Below, piece after piece: positions 1 through 8,755 of a stretch of DNA of 43,894 bases. Within the stretch, counting starts at the first letter, position 1, and every line of letters begins with the position of its first letter. The notes under the pieces are model-generated. The model ran no database searches and was not told where the DNA came from. It saw nothing but the letters and a program-made list of their open reading frames with translations. The stretch comes from Sphingobacteriales bacterium (GTDB lineage Bacteria > Bacteroidota > Bacteroidia > Chitinophagales > JADIYW01). Position numbers and translations under genes: made by a program. The DNA is taken from assembly GCA_031414515.1 (NCBI GenBank), contig JANNVS010000237.1, positions 1 to 43,894 on the forward strand, given 5' to 3'.

Positions 1-1002
1 TTGGGTGCAGACTACATAAATGGAAAGAATGTAATCCTATTTGAACAGAAATTAGCTGCTTATTTAGGAATCAAGTATGTTATTGGTTGTGGAAATGGTA
101 CTGATGCATTGCAACTGGCTTTGATGGCATTAGATTTACCAAAAAACAGCAAAATCATTGTACCTGCTTTTACCTATATCGCGCCCATAGAAGTCGTTGC
201 ATTTTTAGGATATGAGTTGGTTTTCACAGATGTAGATGAACACGATTTTAATATTACCCTACATCAGATTAAAGCCGTTTATACGGAAGAGGTAAAAGCC
301 GTCATAATCGTTCATTTATTTGGTCAGCCATGTAAAGACACAGATGATATCCATCAATTTTGTATTGAGAAAAATATAGTGTTGATAGAAGACAATGCAC
401 AATCTTTAAATGCAGGAAAAAATACTCCAAGAAATAGCATCATAACCACCTCCTTTTATCCGACAAAAAACCTCGGTGCTATTGGCGATGGTGGTGCTGT
501 TATGTGTAACGATGCTATAATAGCCAATAAAATAAGGATGATTGCGTCACACGGTCAATCCAGAAAATATATCCATGATGTAGTTGGTATTAATTCAAGA
601 CTAGATACTTTACAAGCTTCTGTCTTAACTATTAAACTTAAATATTTGGAAACGTATAATCAGCAACGAAGAAAAAATGCTGCATATTATATTACTAAAT
701 TAAAGAAAATAGCTGCGATAGAATTACCAGAAATGACACCACATCACATTTTTCATCAATTTACCATTAAAATAAAAAATGGTAACCGTGATGCGCTGGC
801 TGATTTTTTAAAACAAAAAAATATTTCTACTATTATTAATTACCCTTTAGGTGCACATCAACAAAAGGCATATTGGCAAGATATTAAATTACCGAACACA
901 GAATTATTATGTGCAACCGCTTTATCATTACCTGTATATCCAGAAATTTCTGAAGAACAATTATTGTATATTTGTAATTGTATAGAAGAATTCTGCACTT
1001 AA
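1..1002 (+). CDS. DegT/DnrJ/EryC1/StrS-family PLP-dependent sugar aminotransferase, WbpE/WlbC-like; 5' end cut by window edge
   Basis: The frame is open from base 1 with no credible start, and roughly 25-35 N-terminal residues appear missing compared with typical ~360-aa members. Family motifs: GCGNGTDALQLALMAL, SFYPTKNLGAIGDGGAV, ASHGQSRKYIHDVVGINSRLD. It sits immediately upstream of an LbH acetyltransferase and a WbpB-like oxidoreductase. Confidence 0.85.
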   Translation: MGADYINGKNVILFEQKLAAYLGIKYVIGCGNGTDALQLALMALDLPKNSKIIVPAFTYIAPIEVVAFLGYELVFTDVDEHDFNITLHQIKAVYTEEVKAVIIVHLFGQPCKDTDDIHQFCIEKNIVLIEDNAQSLNAGKNTPRNSIITTSFYPTKNLGAIGDGGAVMCNDAIIANKIRMIASHGQSRKYIHDVVGINSRLDTLQASVLTIKLKYLETYNQQRRKNAAYYITKLKKIAAIELPEMTPHHIFHQFTIKIKNGNRDALADFLKQKNISTIINYPLGAHQQKAYWQDIKLPNTELLCATALSLPVYPEISEEQLLYICNCIEEFCT

Positions 1003-1055
1003 TATTGTCATTTGAACGAAGTGAAGAATCTTGTTTAATTTAGATAAAAGATAAA

Positions 1056-1637
1056 ATGTCCTCAAGCGTTAATTCCACCTGTTTCATCCACGAGACCGCA
1101 ATCATAGATGATGGTGCAACCATTGGAGACAATAGTAAAATATGGCAATTCAGCCATGTGATGAATGCACAGATTGGCAAAAATTGCATCCTTGGTCAGA
1201 ATGTATTTGTAGCAAATAATGTTATTTTAGGCAACAGTGTAAAAGTGCAAAATAATGTTTCTATTTATGAAGGTGTTGTTTGTGAAGATGATGTATTTAT
1301 TGGACCTTCTGTCGTTTTTACAAATGTCATTAATCCTCGAAGTTTTATTGAACGCAAAGATGAATACAAAAAAACAAGAATAAAAAAAGGCGCTACTATT
1401 GGCGCCAATGCAACTATTATCTGCGGCGTTTCTATTGGTGAATATGCATTCATCGGTGCTGGCTGTGTAGTTACAAAAAATGTGAAACCACATGCTTTAA
1501 TGAAAGGCAATCCTGCGAGACAAGACGGCTGGATGAGCGAAGCTGGATACAAATTAAAATTTGAAGATGGCATTGCCATTTGTAAAAGCACACAAGAAAA
1601 ATACAAACTTGAAAATGATAGTGTAATAAAATTATAA
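1056..1637 (+). CDS. Left-handed beta-helix (hexapeptide repeat) sugar N-acetyltransferase, WbpD/WlbB-like
   Basis: 193 aa. IHETAIIDDGATIGDNSKIWQFSHV, IGKNCILGQNVFVANNVILGNSVKVQNNVSIYEGV, VFIGPSVVFTNVINPR show the imperfect hexapeptide periodicity of small NDP-amino-sugar N-acetyltransferases. It lies between the aminotransferase and the oxidoreductase. Confidence 0.8.
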   Translation: MSSSVNSTCFIHETAIIDDGATIGDNSKIWQFSHVMNAQIGKNCILGQNVFVANNVILGNSVKVQNNVSIYEGVVCEDDVFIGPSVVFTNVINPRSFIERKDEYKKTRIKKGATIGANATIICGVSIGEYAFIGAGCVVTKNVKPHALMKGNPARQDGWMSEAGYKLKFEDGIAICKSTQEKYKLENDSVIKL

Positions 1638-1664
1638 AATCATTTTCCAAATAACTTTCGATTC

Positions 1665-2519
1665 ATGATTAAACAATTTGCACTTATAGGAGCCGCTGGA
1701 TATATTGCACCACGTCATTTAAAAGCGATAAAAGAAGTAGGCGGCAATTTGGTGGCTGCTTATGATGTTTCCGATACCGTTGGTATTTTGGATAGTTATT
1801 TTCCTGAATGTGAATTTTTTACAGATGAGTTTGCTTTTTATGATTTTCTGATGGATAAAAATCCAGTAGATTATTTAGTTGTTTGTTCTCCAAATCATTT
1901 ACATGAAGAACATTGTTACGCTGGATTAAAATTAAATGCCGATGTGATTTGTGAAAAACCATTGTCATTGACTACAGAAAGTTTACAAAACTTACTGGAT
2001 GCAGAATCGTATACACAAAAACATATTTATACTATTTTGCAGTTGCGCCTGCATCCAATGTTAATGGAGTTGAAAAAAGAAATAGAAACCTCCACTAAAA
2101 ATAAGCACGAAGTATCCATTGAATATTTCACACCTCGTGGAAAATGGTATCATAAAAGCTGGAAAGGTGATATAAAAAAATCTGGTGGCATTGCCACGAA
2201 TATCGGCATCCATTTGTTTGATTCCGCAGCTTGGTTATTTGGTGATTTTATTTCCTTACAGGTAGAAAAAGATACTGCTACGCAAAGCATTGGACAAGTA
2301 GAATTAAAGAAAGCAACAGTGCATTGGAAATTAAGTATTGAACAAAATTTAGAACCTCGCAGATTAATTACTATTGATGGAAAGCCTTATGAATTTACAG
2401 ATGGATTTGCAGACTTGCATACAGCATCTTACCAAGAAATATTAAAGAATAATGGGTTTGCTATTTCAGAGGTAATGACTTCTGTCGCTATTTCAGAAAT
2501 GATTCGGAATTATAAATAG
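1665..2519 (+). CDS. Gfo/Idh/MocA-family NAD-dependent oxidoreductase, WbpB/WlbA-like (UDP-GlcNAcA 3-dehydrogenase type)
   Basis: The N-terminal Rossmann segment FALIGAAGYIAPRHLKAIKEVGGNLVAAYD, together with CSPNHLHEEH, VICEKPL and WYHKSWKGDIKKSGGIATNIGIHLFD, closely follows the WbpB pattern as I remember it. Confidence 0.8.
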   Translation: MIKQFALIGAAGYIAPRHLKAIKEVGGNLVAAYDVSDTVGILDSYFPECEFFTDEFAFYDFLMDKNPVDYLVVCSPNHLHEEHCYAGLKLNADVICEKPLSLTTESLQNLLDAESYTQKHIYTILQLRLHPMLMELKKEIETSTKNKHEVSIEYFTPRGKWYHKSWKGDIKKSGGIATNIGIHLFDSAAWLFGDFISLQVEKDTATQSIGQVELKKATVHWKLSIEQNLEPRRLITIDGKPYEFTDGFADLHTASYQEILKNNGFAISEVMTSVAISEMIRNYK

Positions 2520-2558
2520 CGTGAAATTCTCTAAAAATAAAATTCTACAAGATTGAAA

Positions 2559-5500
2559 TTATTTTCTATCCTTACGCATAAACTTATTGCGAATAATCAG
2601 GCCATCATACGTCACTTCAGCCACGTAAACGGCAGCATTTAAAGTAGCAGTAGACATCGTCAAATTATTGTATCCTTTAATTCCATCAAAATCTTTATTG
2701 TACAATAGTTGTCCTAACACATCGATAAATCTAATATTTACACGACCATCTTTTGGTAACATAACGCCAAAATTTATACTTTCATACGCTGGATTTGGAT
2801 ATAAATTAAATACATCAAAACCACCTACTTTTACTTCTTTGCAAGTCGTGTTATTATCAGTCCTGTCTTCAAATGCATTATTATTAATATTATCAATAGA
2901 GGCACATATTACCGGAATCTGATTGTTCTCACTCGGTTTAATCTCGCCAGTAAATAAATATACGGTGGTTTGTCCAGGCAATAAACTTCCTGTCCAGTTT
3001 TCCCGAATAACAGCGCCACCGCCTAGTTGTAAGCTAAGTCCAAGAGCAGTTATTTCTATATTGCTGTTATTGATAATGCTAACCTGAATTTTATAAAATT
3101 CATTGTCTGGTATGATGCTTATCGAAGCCATTACACCATCTAAAAAAGCCTTATCTACCAATATATATTTCGTAAGCGTATCTGTACAGCCTCTGAAATC
3201 GGTTGCAATTAACTGAATTGGATACGTTCCTCTAATGGTATAGTCATGAAAAGGCGGATTATATGCCTGAATTAATGGGCTGCTATCACCATAACTCCAA
3301 AGGTAATTACCATTTACAGGAGATTGATTGAAATAATTAACCCTTAATGTTGGCAATCCATTTTGTGGAGAAAAAGTAAACATTGGTGTTGGCGGTGCTG
3401 ATACTGCAATAGAGCGCAGTTTAGTACCGCTGCATCCAACAGCATTTTTCGCATTTAGCTGAATAGTATAATTCCCTTCTGACTGGAAAGTATATCTTGG
3501 ATTTTGTTGAGAAGAAGTAGCCTGTCCAGAAAAAAACCAATTCCAATTGGATACAGGCGTACCATCTGGCGTGGTACTGATGTCAGTAAATTGAATTTCC
3601 TTTCCTACGCATTGTGTTTGTGAGACATCAAAGTCAACAACTGGAAAATCAAAAACTTTAATTTGTTTTATGACGGTATCTACACAATTATTGGACGATT
3701 GAACGAATAAGCTTACTTCATACGTTCCGGGCACATATTGATGCTGAGGTTCTCTTATAGCACTTTCAGAGGTAAAATCACCAAATTCCCATTTCCATAT
3801 AGGTATTGTATTTGGTGCGTCAACTGTAGCTAAGAATTTGAACGATACCGGTGTTGTTCCACATACAGAATCATTTGAAAAAGCGGCTATCGGAGAAACA
3901 TTGACCGTAGTTGGAAGTGTTAATGTATCTGAACAACCGTTTGAATTTGTAGCGGTGAGTTTTACATTATAGATACCAGAAGCAGGAAACCTGAAAGATG
4001 TATTCTGAATTCCAGTGCTTGTACCTAATCCATTAAAATCCCAAATCCAATTAGTAATAGAAGCCGAATTGGCAACGGAAACATCCACAAAAGTAGTAGG
4101 AATACCTTCACAGGATAATAAATTATAAAAAGATGGAATTGGATTTCTATTTACAACGAATGTCTTAAAAATAGAATCCGTACAACCGACATTGGTTGTT
4201 ACTTTTAGTGCTGCAGATGCAATTCCCAAATTAGCAAACGTTGTTGTTGGGTTTTGAGAAGCATCTGTTGTAGCATTACTAAAATTCCATTTCCAGTTTG
4301 TTATAGTGTTCCCTAATGGAACGGATGTTGAATCAGAGAAATTTATGGATACTCCTTGACAAGGTGCGGCATATCCAAATTTTGCAGTTGGTGCGGTACC
4401 AACAATTGAAACATTAAAAGATTTATTTAACACACAACCTATTAATGTAATGGCATTTATAGAATAATTCCCTGGTGTGTTTAGTTGAATAAAGTTATTA
4501 GTGCTTCCTGTAGACCATCGAATAGAATCAAAAGAACTTTCTGTTTGAACAAATAATTTCTCGCCAGCGCAGGCATTAATATTATTTGAAACAGGTGTTA
4601 TTGATAATCTTGGGTCATCTACAACCACATTAATCGTATCATAAACGAAACAGGAGTTAGCATCTGTTATTTTTACGGTGTATTGACCAGCTGTCGTAAT
4701 ATTAAGAGTAGTTGATGTTGCGCCTGTATTCCAAATTGCAGAAAATCCAGAAGGTGTTTTAAGGTCTAAATTAAAGGTTTGGCCAGCACAAAGATAAATT
4801 GTTTTATTACCCATTCTTCTATAAGGAAAGACATTAATATCATCTGTACTAAATCTTCCAAATACATCTTTTGTAGTTACGCTATAGTTTCCTTTAGGTA
4901 AAACATTTATGGTTGCTGTAGTTTTGCCTGTATTCCATAGATAGGATACAAATCTATTGCCTGCCGAAATTGTTACGGAATCGCAGAAAGATGTGCCAAG
5001 TATAGTGTCTTGGCCAAGATTTACAGGCGGTGCGTACTTATCGGCTAAATAATTATATACAAGCTGATCTTTATCATTATCTAATTCTGATTTAAATACA
5101 AGCAATTCAGCAATTTTTCCTTTATATGCAAAACTAGTTGCATCTGGCCTAGCTCCAAGTGTATTGTAAGAAAAACTTGGTAAATTAGAATTTGATGTAA
5201 TTGGAGGCAAAGTATTGTTTATTCTTAATTTAGAATTTGAATGTAAATAGACCGCGTATTGATTTATCAAATTACTAGTAGCTGTATAGGTAAGATTTAC
5301 ATTAAATGATCCCCAGCCAGCTCCAAGTGCGTCTGCCTCACTAAATAATCCCTGACCATTTCCTCCAAGATAATACTGTAAGGCTTGGTCATAATTTTCA
5401 TAATTTCGGAGACAATAAATACTGAAATTGGTTAAATTCACAAAGGATGCTGTTTGCTGGTAATTACTTGGACTTCCAGTAAAAAGCACTACAGATTTGT

Positions 5501-6011
5501 CATTTAAAAGCGGCTCTTGGTTTATAAGTGTAGGTTGAAAGGTTGGGTTTGCTTGCAACATATTGTTTCCACTGACAATAGCATCATTCCATTGGGAAAT
5601 CTTATTGCCTGAAGTAATAAAACCGGATTCTGGCTTATACCAGGCTTCCATTTGACTTATTGAATCTGGAATTATAGCTGTGAAATTGTTAATATTTGAT
5701 GAGGTGCCTAATTGTCTGTCTAATATTTTCCAAAAATAGGAAGCACCAGAAATAATTGGAATATTTATAATTGGAGCAGGATTGCCAATAATTGTATCTA
5801 ATATAGGTAAGCTTAAATCAGCATTTGTGGAAATAATTAACTTGTAAGATTGTAATGTTGATGGGCTTCTTTCCCAGGAAAAAGGGATGGGGTTTTCACT
5901 GATAAACATATTATTTCCCGGATAGAATAATTCTAAAGCCTTTGATGGTGTAACAAAGAATATATATATGCAAAAAAAAACACTTAAGGATTTAAAAAAT
6001 TTCTTTGTCAT
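2559..6011 (-). CDS. T9SS-secreted multidomain surface protein: signal peptide, small N-terminal beta domain, LamG-like domain, 3 Ig-like W(N/S)TG modules, 5 PKD modules, CARDB-like domain, Por/T9SS C-terminal sorting domain
   Basis: I place the start at the ATG at 6011 (MTKKFFKSLSVFFCIYIFFVTPSKA, a classic signal peptide). The track's upstream extension to 6155 overlaps the preceding gene. LamG-like ending: YKGKIAELLVFKSELDNDKDQLVYNYLADKYA. The PKD W-x-W/F-G signatures recur five times. The C-terminus is FNLYPNPAYESINFGV...VYVAEVTYDGLIIRNKFMRK. Confidence 0.85.
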   Translation of the reverse strand: MTKKFFKSLSVFFCIYIFFVTPSKALELFYPGNNMFISENPIPFSWERSPSTLQSYKLIISTNADLSLPILDTIIGNPAPIINIPIISGASYFWKILDRQLGTSSNINNFTAIIPDSISQMEAWYKPESGFITSGNKISQWNDAIVSGNNMLQANPTFQPTLINQEPLLNDKSVVLFTGSPSNYQQTASFVNLTNFSIYCLRNYENYDQALQYYLGGNGQGLFSEADALGAGWGSFNVNLTYTATSNLINQYAVYLHSNSKLRINNTLPPITSNSNLPSFSYNTLGARPDATSFAYKGKIAELLVFKSELDNDKDQLVYNYLADKYAPPVNLGQDTILGTSFCDSVTISAGNRFVSYLWNTGKTTATINVLPKGNYSVTTKDVFGRFSTDDINVFPYRRMGNKTIYLCAGQTFNLDLKTPSGFSAIWNTGATSTTLNITTAGQYTVKITDANSCFVYDTINVVVDDPRLSITPVSNNINACAGEKLFVQTESSFDSIRWSTGSTNNFIQLNTPGNYSINAITLIGCVLNKSFNVSIVGTAPTAKFGYAAPCQGVSINFSDSTSVPLGNTITNWKWNFSNATTDASQNPTTTFANLGIASAALKVTTNVGCTDSIFKTFVVNRNPIPSFYNLLSCEGIPTTFVDVSVANSASITNWIWDFNGLGTSTGIQNTSFRFPASGIYNVKLTATNSNGCSDTLTLPTTVNVSPIAAFSNDSVCGTTPVSFKFLATVDAPNTIPIWKWEFGDFTSESAIREPQHQYVPGTYEVSLFVQSSNNCVDTVIKQIKVFDFPVVDFDVSQTQCVGKEIQFTDISTTPDGTPVSNWNWFFSGQATSSQQNPRYTFQSEGNYTIQLNAKNAVGCSGTKLRSIAVSAPPTPMFTFSPQNGLPTLRVNYFNQSPVNGNYLWSYGDSSPLIQAYNPPFHDYTIRGTYPIQLIATDFRGCTDTLTKYILVDKAFLDGVMASISIIPDNEFYKIQVSIINNSNIEITALGLSLQLGGGAVIRENWTGSLLPGQTTVYLFTGEIKPSENNQIPVICASIDNINNNAFEDRTDNNTTCKEVKVGGFDVFNLYPNPAYESINFGVMLPKDGRVNIRFIDVLGQLLYNKDFDGIKGYNNLTMSTATLNAAVYVAEVTYDGLIIRNKFMRKDRK
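2562..2819 (-). other. T9SS (Por secretion) type-A C-terminal sorting domain of the 2559-6011 protein
   Basis: Last 86 aa: FDVFNLYPNPAYESINFGVMLPKDGRVNIRFIDVLGQLLYNKDF...LNAAVYVAEVTYDGLIIRNKFMRKDRK. It shows the conserved LYPNP start, a central (V/I)D..G motif and a terminal hydrophobic beta-strand followed by K/R residues. Confidence 0.8.
3155..4390 (-). repeat. Five tandem PKD-type Ig-fold modules (about 82-aa / 250-nt period) inside the T9SS cargo gene
   Basis: Recurring signatures are NWKWNFSN (~4285-4305), NWIWDFNG (~4035-4056), IWKWEFGD (~3783-3803), NWNWFFSG (~3530-3552) and NYLWSYGD (~3285-3310). Each is followed by a G.Y.V.L....N..GC.D motif. Boundaries are approximate. Confidence 0.7.
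4395..5020 (-). repeat. Three tandem ~70-aa Ig-like modules with W(N/S)TG.T signature inside the T9SS cargo gene
   Basis: The signatures are YLWNTGKTTATINV..GNYSVTTKDVFG, AIWNTGATSTTLNITTAGQYTVKITDANSC and IRWSTGSTNNFIQLNTPGNYSINAITLIGC, spaced about 210 nt apart. Boundaries are approximate. Confidence 0.55.
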
Positions 6012-6021
6012 TTTTGTAGTT

Positions 6022-7230
6022 CTAGTTAATACTATGCGGTTTAGTTCCCAATATACTATGATAAATATATGAAAATAAATCCAAAGTTGTCGAGTTAGTA
6101 AGGTTTTTTGAAAGATTTTTAAAATGCTCCAATTCTGCTTCTCTGTACTTCTCATCTGAAGTTATGAGGATTATTTTATTGGCAATATCTTCTGGATTTC
6201 GAGGATCAAAAATATATGCAGTATGGTTTATCGTTTCAGGCAAAGAAGTAACGTCAGAACAAATACATGGAATACCCATAAGAATTCCTTCTATTAGTGG
6301 AAAACTCCCTGCTTCATACAGCGTTGGTATTACGATGGCAGTACATTTTCTATAAATGCAATATAATTCTTCTTCGCTGACCTTGCCTAGAAAAAAGACC
6401 TGTTCTGTAATACCCATTTCAACACAAGACTTTTCCAACTCCTTAAAATATTCCGTCTGATGACCTGTACAGACAAGATTTATGACAAGATCGTTTTTCT
6501 CTTTAATCACCTTTAATGCTTTCAGTAAATTAATATGATTTTTATGGTGCCAAGTTGCAGCCGGATATAGAATAAATTTTTCAGGAAGCACAACGCTCGT
6601 ATCAGTTGTATTCGAATTATTTTTAATAAATCTATCAAACCATAAGTTTTGCATATTCAATAATATCACTTCAACTTTTGATGCTTCCACATTGAAGTAT
6701 TTAATAATGTCCTGCTTGACATGATTATAACTGACAATTATTTTACTGGTCTTTTTTGTAATATATAAATACTCTGATGCTCTATTAGCACGTACCTCCG
6801 GAGTAAAGAAATCCGGAAAATGAAGTTCCTGCAAATCATGCATAGTAGCAAGAGAGGGAATATTAACAGCAGGCAAATGCTGATAAGGAGAATGCAATAT
6901 ATCAATCTTATATTTCTTTATTATCTTATCTAGTACATTTGGACGCATAACTGGAATAAAAATCTTATGTTTTTCAAGAAAAGCTAAAAAATTAAAAAGA
7001 AACAATTCGAAAAAAGAAAACAAAGATGTTCTGTAATTAGTTTCTTTCTTATCTAAAACTATAAAATTTTGTGTGCTTTTGAACTCTTCAAATTCGTCGT
7101 AATTATTTCTTAAAAAAATAAAATAATTGTTCTTTGTATCCTTCTGTAGAATGGACAATAAGCATTTAGAATATTGCAGTACTCCTCCAAATGATTTATC
7201 AACATAGGGTACATAAAGGAGGATATTCAT
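6022..7230 (-). CDS. Glycosyltransferase family 4 (GT-B, group 1)
   Basis: 402 aa. The C-terminal GT-B nucleotide-sugar motif IVIPTLYEAGSFPLIEGILMGIPCICSD is E-x7-E type. Its start overlaps the upstream GNAT stop in an ATGA arrangement (7227-7230). Confidence 0.8.
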   Translation of the reverse strand: MNILLYVPYVDKSFGGVLQYSKCLLSILQKDTKNNYFIFLRNNYDEFEEFKSTQNFIVLDKKETNYRTSLFSFFELFLFNFLAFLEKHKIFIPVMRPNVLDKIIKKYKIDILHSPYQHLPAVNIPSLATMHDLQELHFPDFFTPEVRANRASEYLYITKKTSKIIVSYNHVKQDIIKYFNVEASKVEVILLNMQNLWFDRFIKNNSNTTDTSVVLPEKFILYPAATWHHKNHINLLKALKVIKEKNDLVINLVCTGHQTEYFKELEKSCVEMGITEQVFFLGKVSEEELYCIYRKCTAIVIPTLYEAGSFPLIEGILMGIPCICSDVTSLPETINHTAYIFDPRNPEDIANKIILITSDEKYREAELEHFKNLSKNLTNSTTLDLFSYIYHSILGTKPHSIN

Positions 7231-7661
7231 TGTGTAATTTTTTTTTGAAAAAAATGTGTCTTATTTTTTGTCTTTTGTAACACAAAACCATGTTTTTTAT
7301 ACAGGTGTATGGCTTTCGTGTTATCAAAATCCACCGATAAATTTATATTTTCTAAATTAAATTCTATTGCGGTATCGAGTAGTTTTTTGAGCATTTTATT
7401 TCCATATCCTTTCCCCAATGCTGATTCACTTATAGCAATGCCTAACCAAACAATATCATTCTCTTTATCTAAATGGCCATATCCTACTGGGTGCTCATTT
7501 TCCAAAAGAATAAGAGTACAAATATGATTTTCTAATACATTTAAATTTCTTTTATCAAAATATCTAAAAGTAATCAGGCTATTACCTGCAGTAGACAGAA
7601 ATTTTTGAAGGATGTTTTTGTTATTTTTGTCTATCCTAATAAAAGTGCAATCAGTAGACAT
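7227..7661 (-). CDS. GNAT-family N-acetyltransferase (candidate amino-sugar N-acyltransferase)
   Basis: The acetyl-CoA binding core is WLGIAISESALGKGYGNKMLKKLLDTA...AIHLYKKHGF. I prefer the ATG at 7661 (MSTDCTF, 11-nt overlap with the upstream gene). The alternative ATG at 7703 would overlap it by 53 nt. Confidence 0.7.
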   Translation of the reverse strand: MSTDCTFIRIDKNNKNILQKFLSTAGNSLITFRYFDKRNLNVLENHICTLILLENEHPVGYGHLDKENDIVWLGIAISESALGKGYGNKMLKKLLDTAIEFNLENINLSVDFDNTKAIHLYKKHGFVLQKTKNKTHFFQKKITQ

Positions 7662-8751
7662 AATAATCGGCAATAGACTGTGTGATATATTCAATATCTT
7701 CATTCGTTAAATCTGGGTGACTTGGTAGGTTGATGCCACGCCATCCCAAATTTTCCGCTATTGGAAATTTCTGAAATTTCTGTGCATACATAGGCATCGT
7801 ATGTGCTGGATAAAACAACGGTCTTGTTTCAATACCTTTCTGCACAAGATGCTCTCTTAAATCATCCCGTTTTGTTATATCGTTCACTAGAAAAGATATC
7901 ATCCAATAAGAATGATGGGTATCCGACTGTTCCTCATGAAAAGTGAGCGGCAAATGCTTCAATTTTTCTTTATACAAGAATGCTATTTCTTTTTTCCTTT
8001 TTAAAACAGGTTCTATACGCTCTATTTGTGCCAGCCCAATAGCCGCACAGATATTCGTCATTCTGTAGTTGTACCCTATAACATCATGCCAATATTCACG
8101 ATGTTTAGCTAGTCCCTGTCCTTTGTAATGCACCAATCTGTCATATATAGTTTCATCATTAGTCACTACCATTCCACCTTCACCTGTTGTGATTGTTTTA
8201 TTGCCAAAAAAACTAAACGTTGCAACATCTCCAAATGTACCGACATGCTGATTCTTGTATCTTGATCCTATTGCTTCCGCGCAATCCTCCACCAAATATA
8301 AATTATGTTCTTTCGCTATCTGTTTCAGCGCATCCATATCGCAAGCCTGTCCGTACAAATGAACACACATGATAGCCTTGGTTTTAGACGTGATTTTTTG
8401 TCTTACATCATTCGGGTCCATTTGCCATGAACATGCCAGTGAATCTACAAATACTGGTTTTGCACCTGTATAAACAATGCTGTTCACGGATGCAATATAG
8501 GTAAGTGTCGGTACTATAACTTCATCATCAGGACCGATGCCTAAGGCAACGAGTGCCAAATGTAAAGCCACCGTACCATTGCAAACGGAGGCTGCATATT
8601 TACAGTCAATATTATCTGCAAATGCAGTTTCAAATTTCTTTATATATTCTCCTTTAGACGAAATCCATGTCGAATCAAGGCAATCCAATATATATTTTTT
8701 TTCATTACCACTTAGATTGGGTGCATATATGGGAATTTTGTATTTATTCAT
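7651..8751 (-). CDS. DegT-family PLP aminotransferase, GDP-perosamine synthase (Per/RfbE)-like
   Basis: 366 aa. LSGNEKKYILDCLDSTWISSKGEYIKKFE, SVCNGTVALHLALVALG, FSFFGNKTITTGEGGMVVTND, YWHDVIGYNYRMTNICAAIGLAQ, RPLFYPAHTMPMY and GINLPSHPDL track the Per/RfbE subfamily as I recall it. Confidence 0.75.
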   Translation of the reverse strand: MNKYKIPIYAPNLSGNEKKYILDCLDSTWISSKGEYIKKFETAFADNIDCKYAASVCNGTVALHLALVALGIGPDDEVIVPTLTYIASVNSIVYTGAKPVFVDSLACSWQMDPNDVRQKITSKTKAIMCVHLYGQACDMDALKQIAKEHNLYLVEDCAEAIGSRYKNQHVGTFGDVATFSFFGNKTITTGEGGMVVTNDETIYDRLVHYKGQGLAKHREYWHDVIGYNYRMTNICAAIGLAQIERIEPVLKRKKEIAFLYKEKLKHLPLTFHEEQSDTHHSYWMISFLVNDITKRDDLREHLVQKGIETRPLFYPAHTMPMYAQKFQKFPIAENLGWRGINLPSHPDLTNEDIEYITQSIADYYVY

Positions 8752-8755
8752 ATCC

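Noticed and set aside
1227-1606. Two minus-strand ORFs (88 and 113 aa) inside the acetyltransferase gene
   Set aside because: They are antisense shadows of the hexapeptide-repeat gene. Repetitive codon structure keeps the opposite frames open.
6012-6155. N-terminal 48-aa extension of the large minus-strand ORF (track start at 6155)
   Set aside because: It overlaps the 3' end of the upstream GT4 gene. The internal ATG at 6011 is followed by a textbook signal peptide and sits 10 nt after the GT4 stop.
7238-7254. T9-G-A7 tract that could fold as an A:T hairpin or act as a slippery site
   Set aside because: It lies inside the GNAT C-terminal codons (FFQKKITQ) at the ATGA junction and is an A:T-only stem of negligible stability. 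Similar runs are common in this genome.
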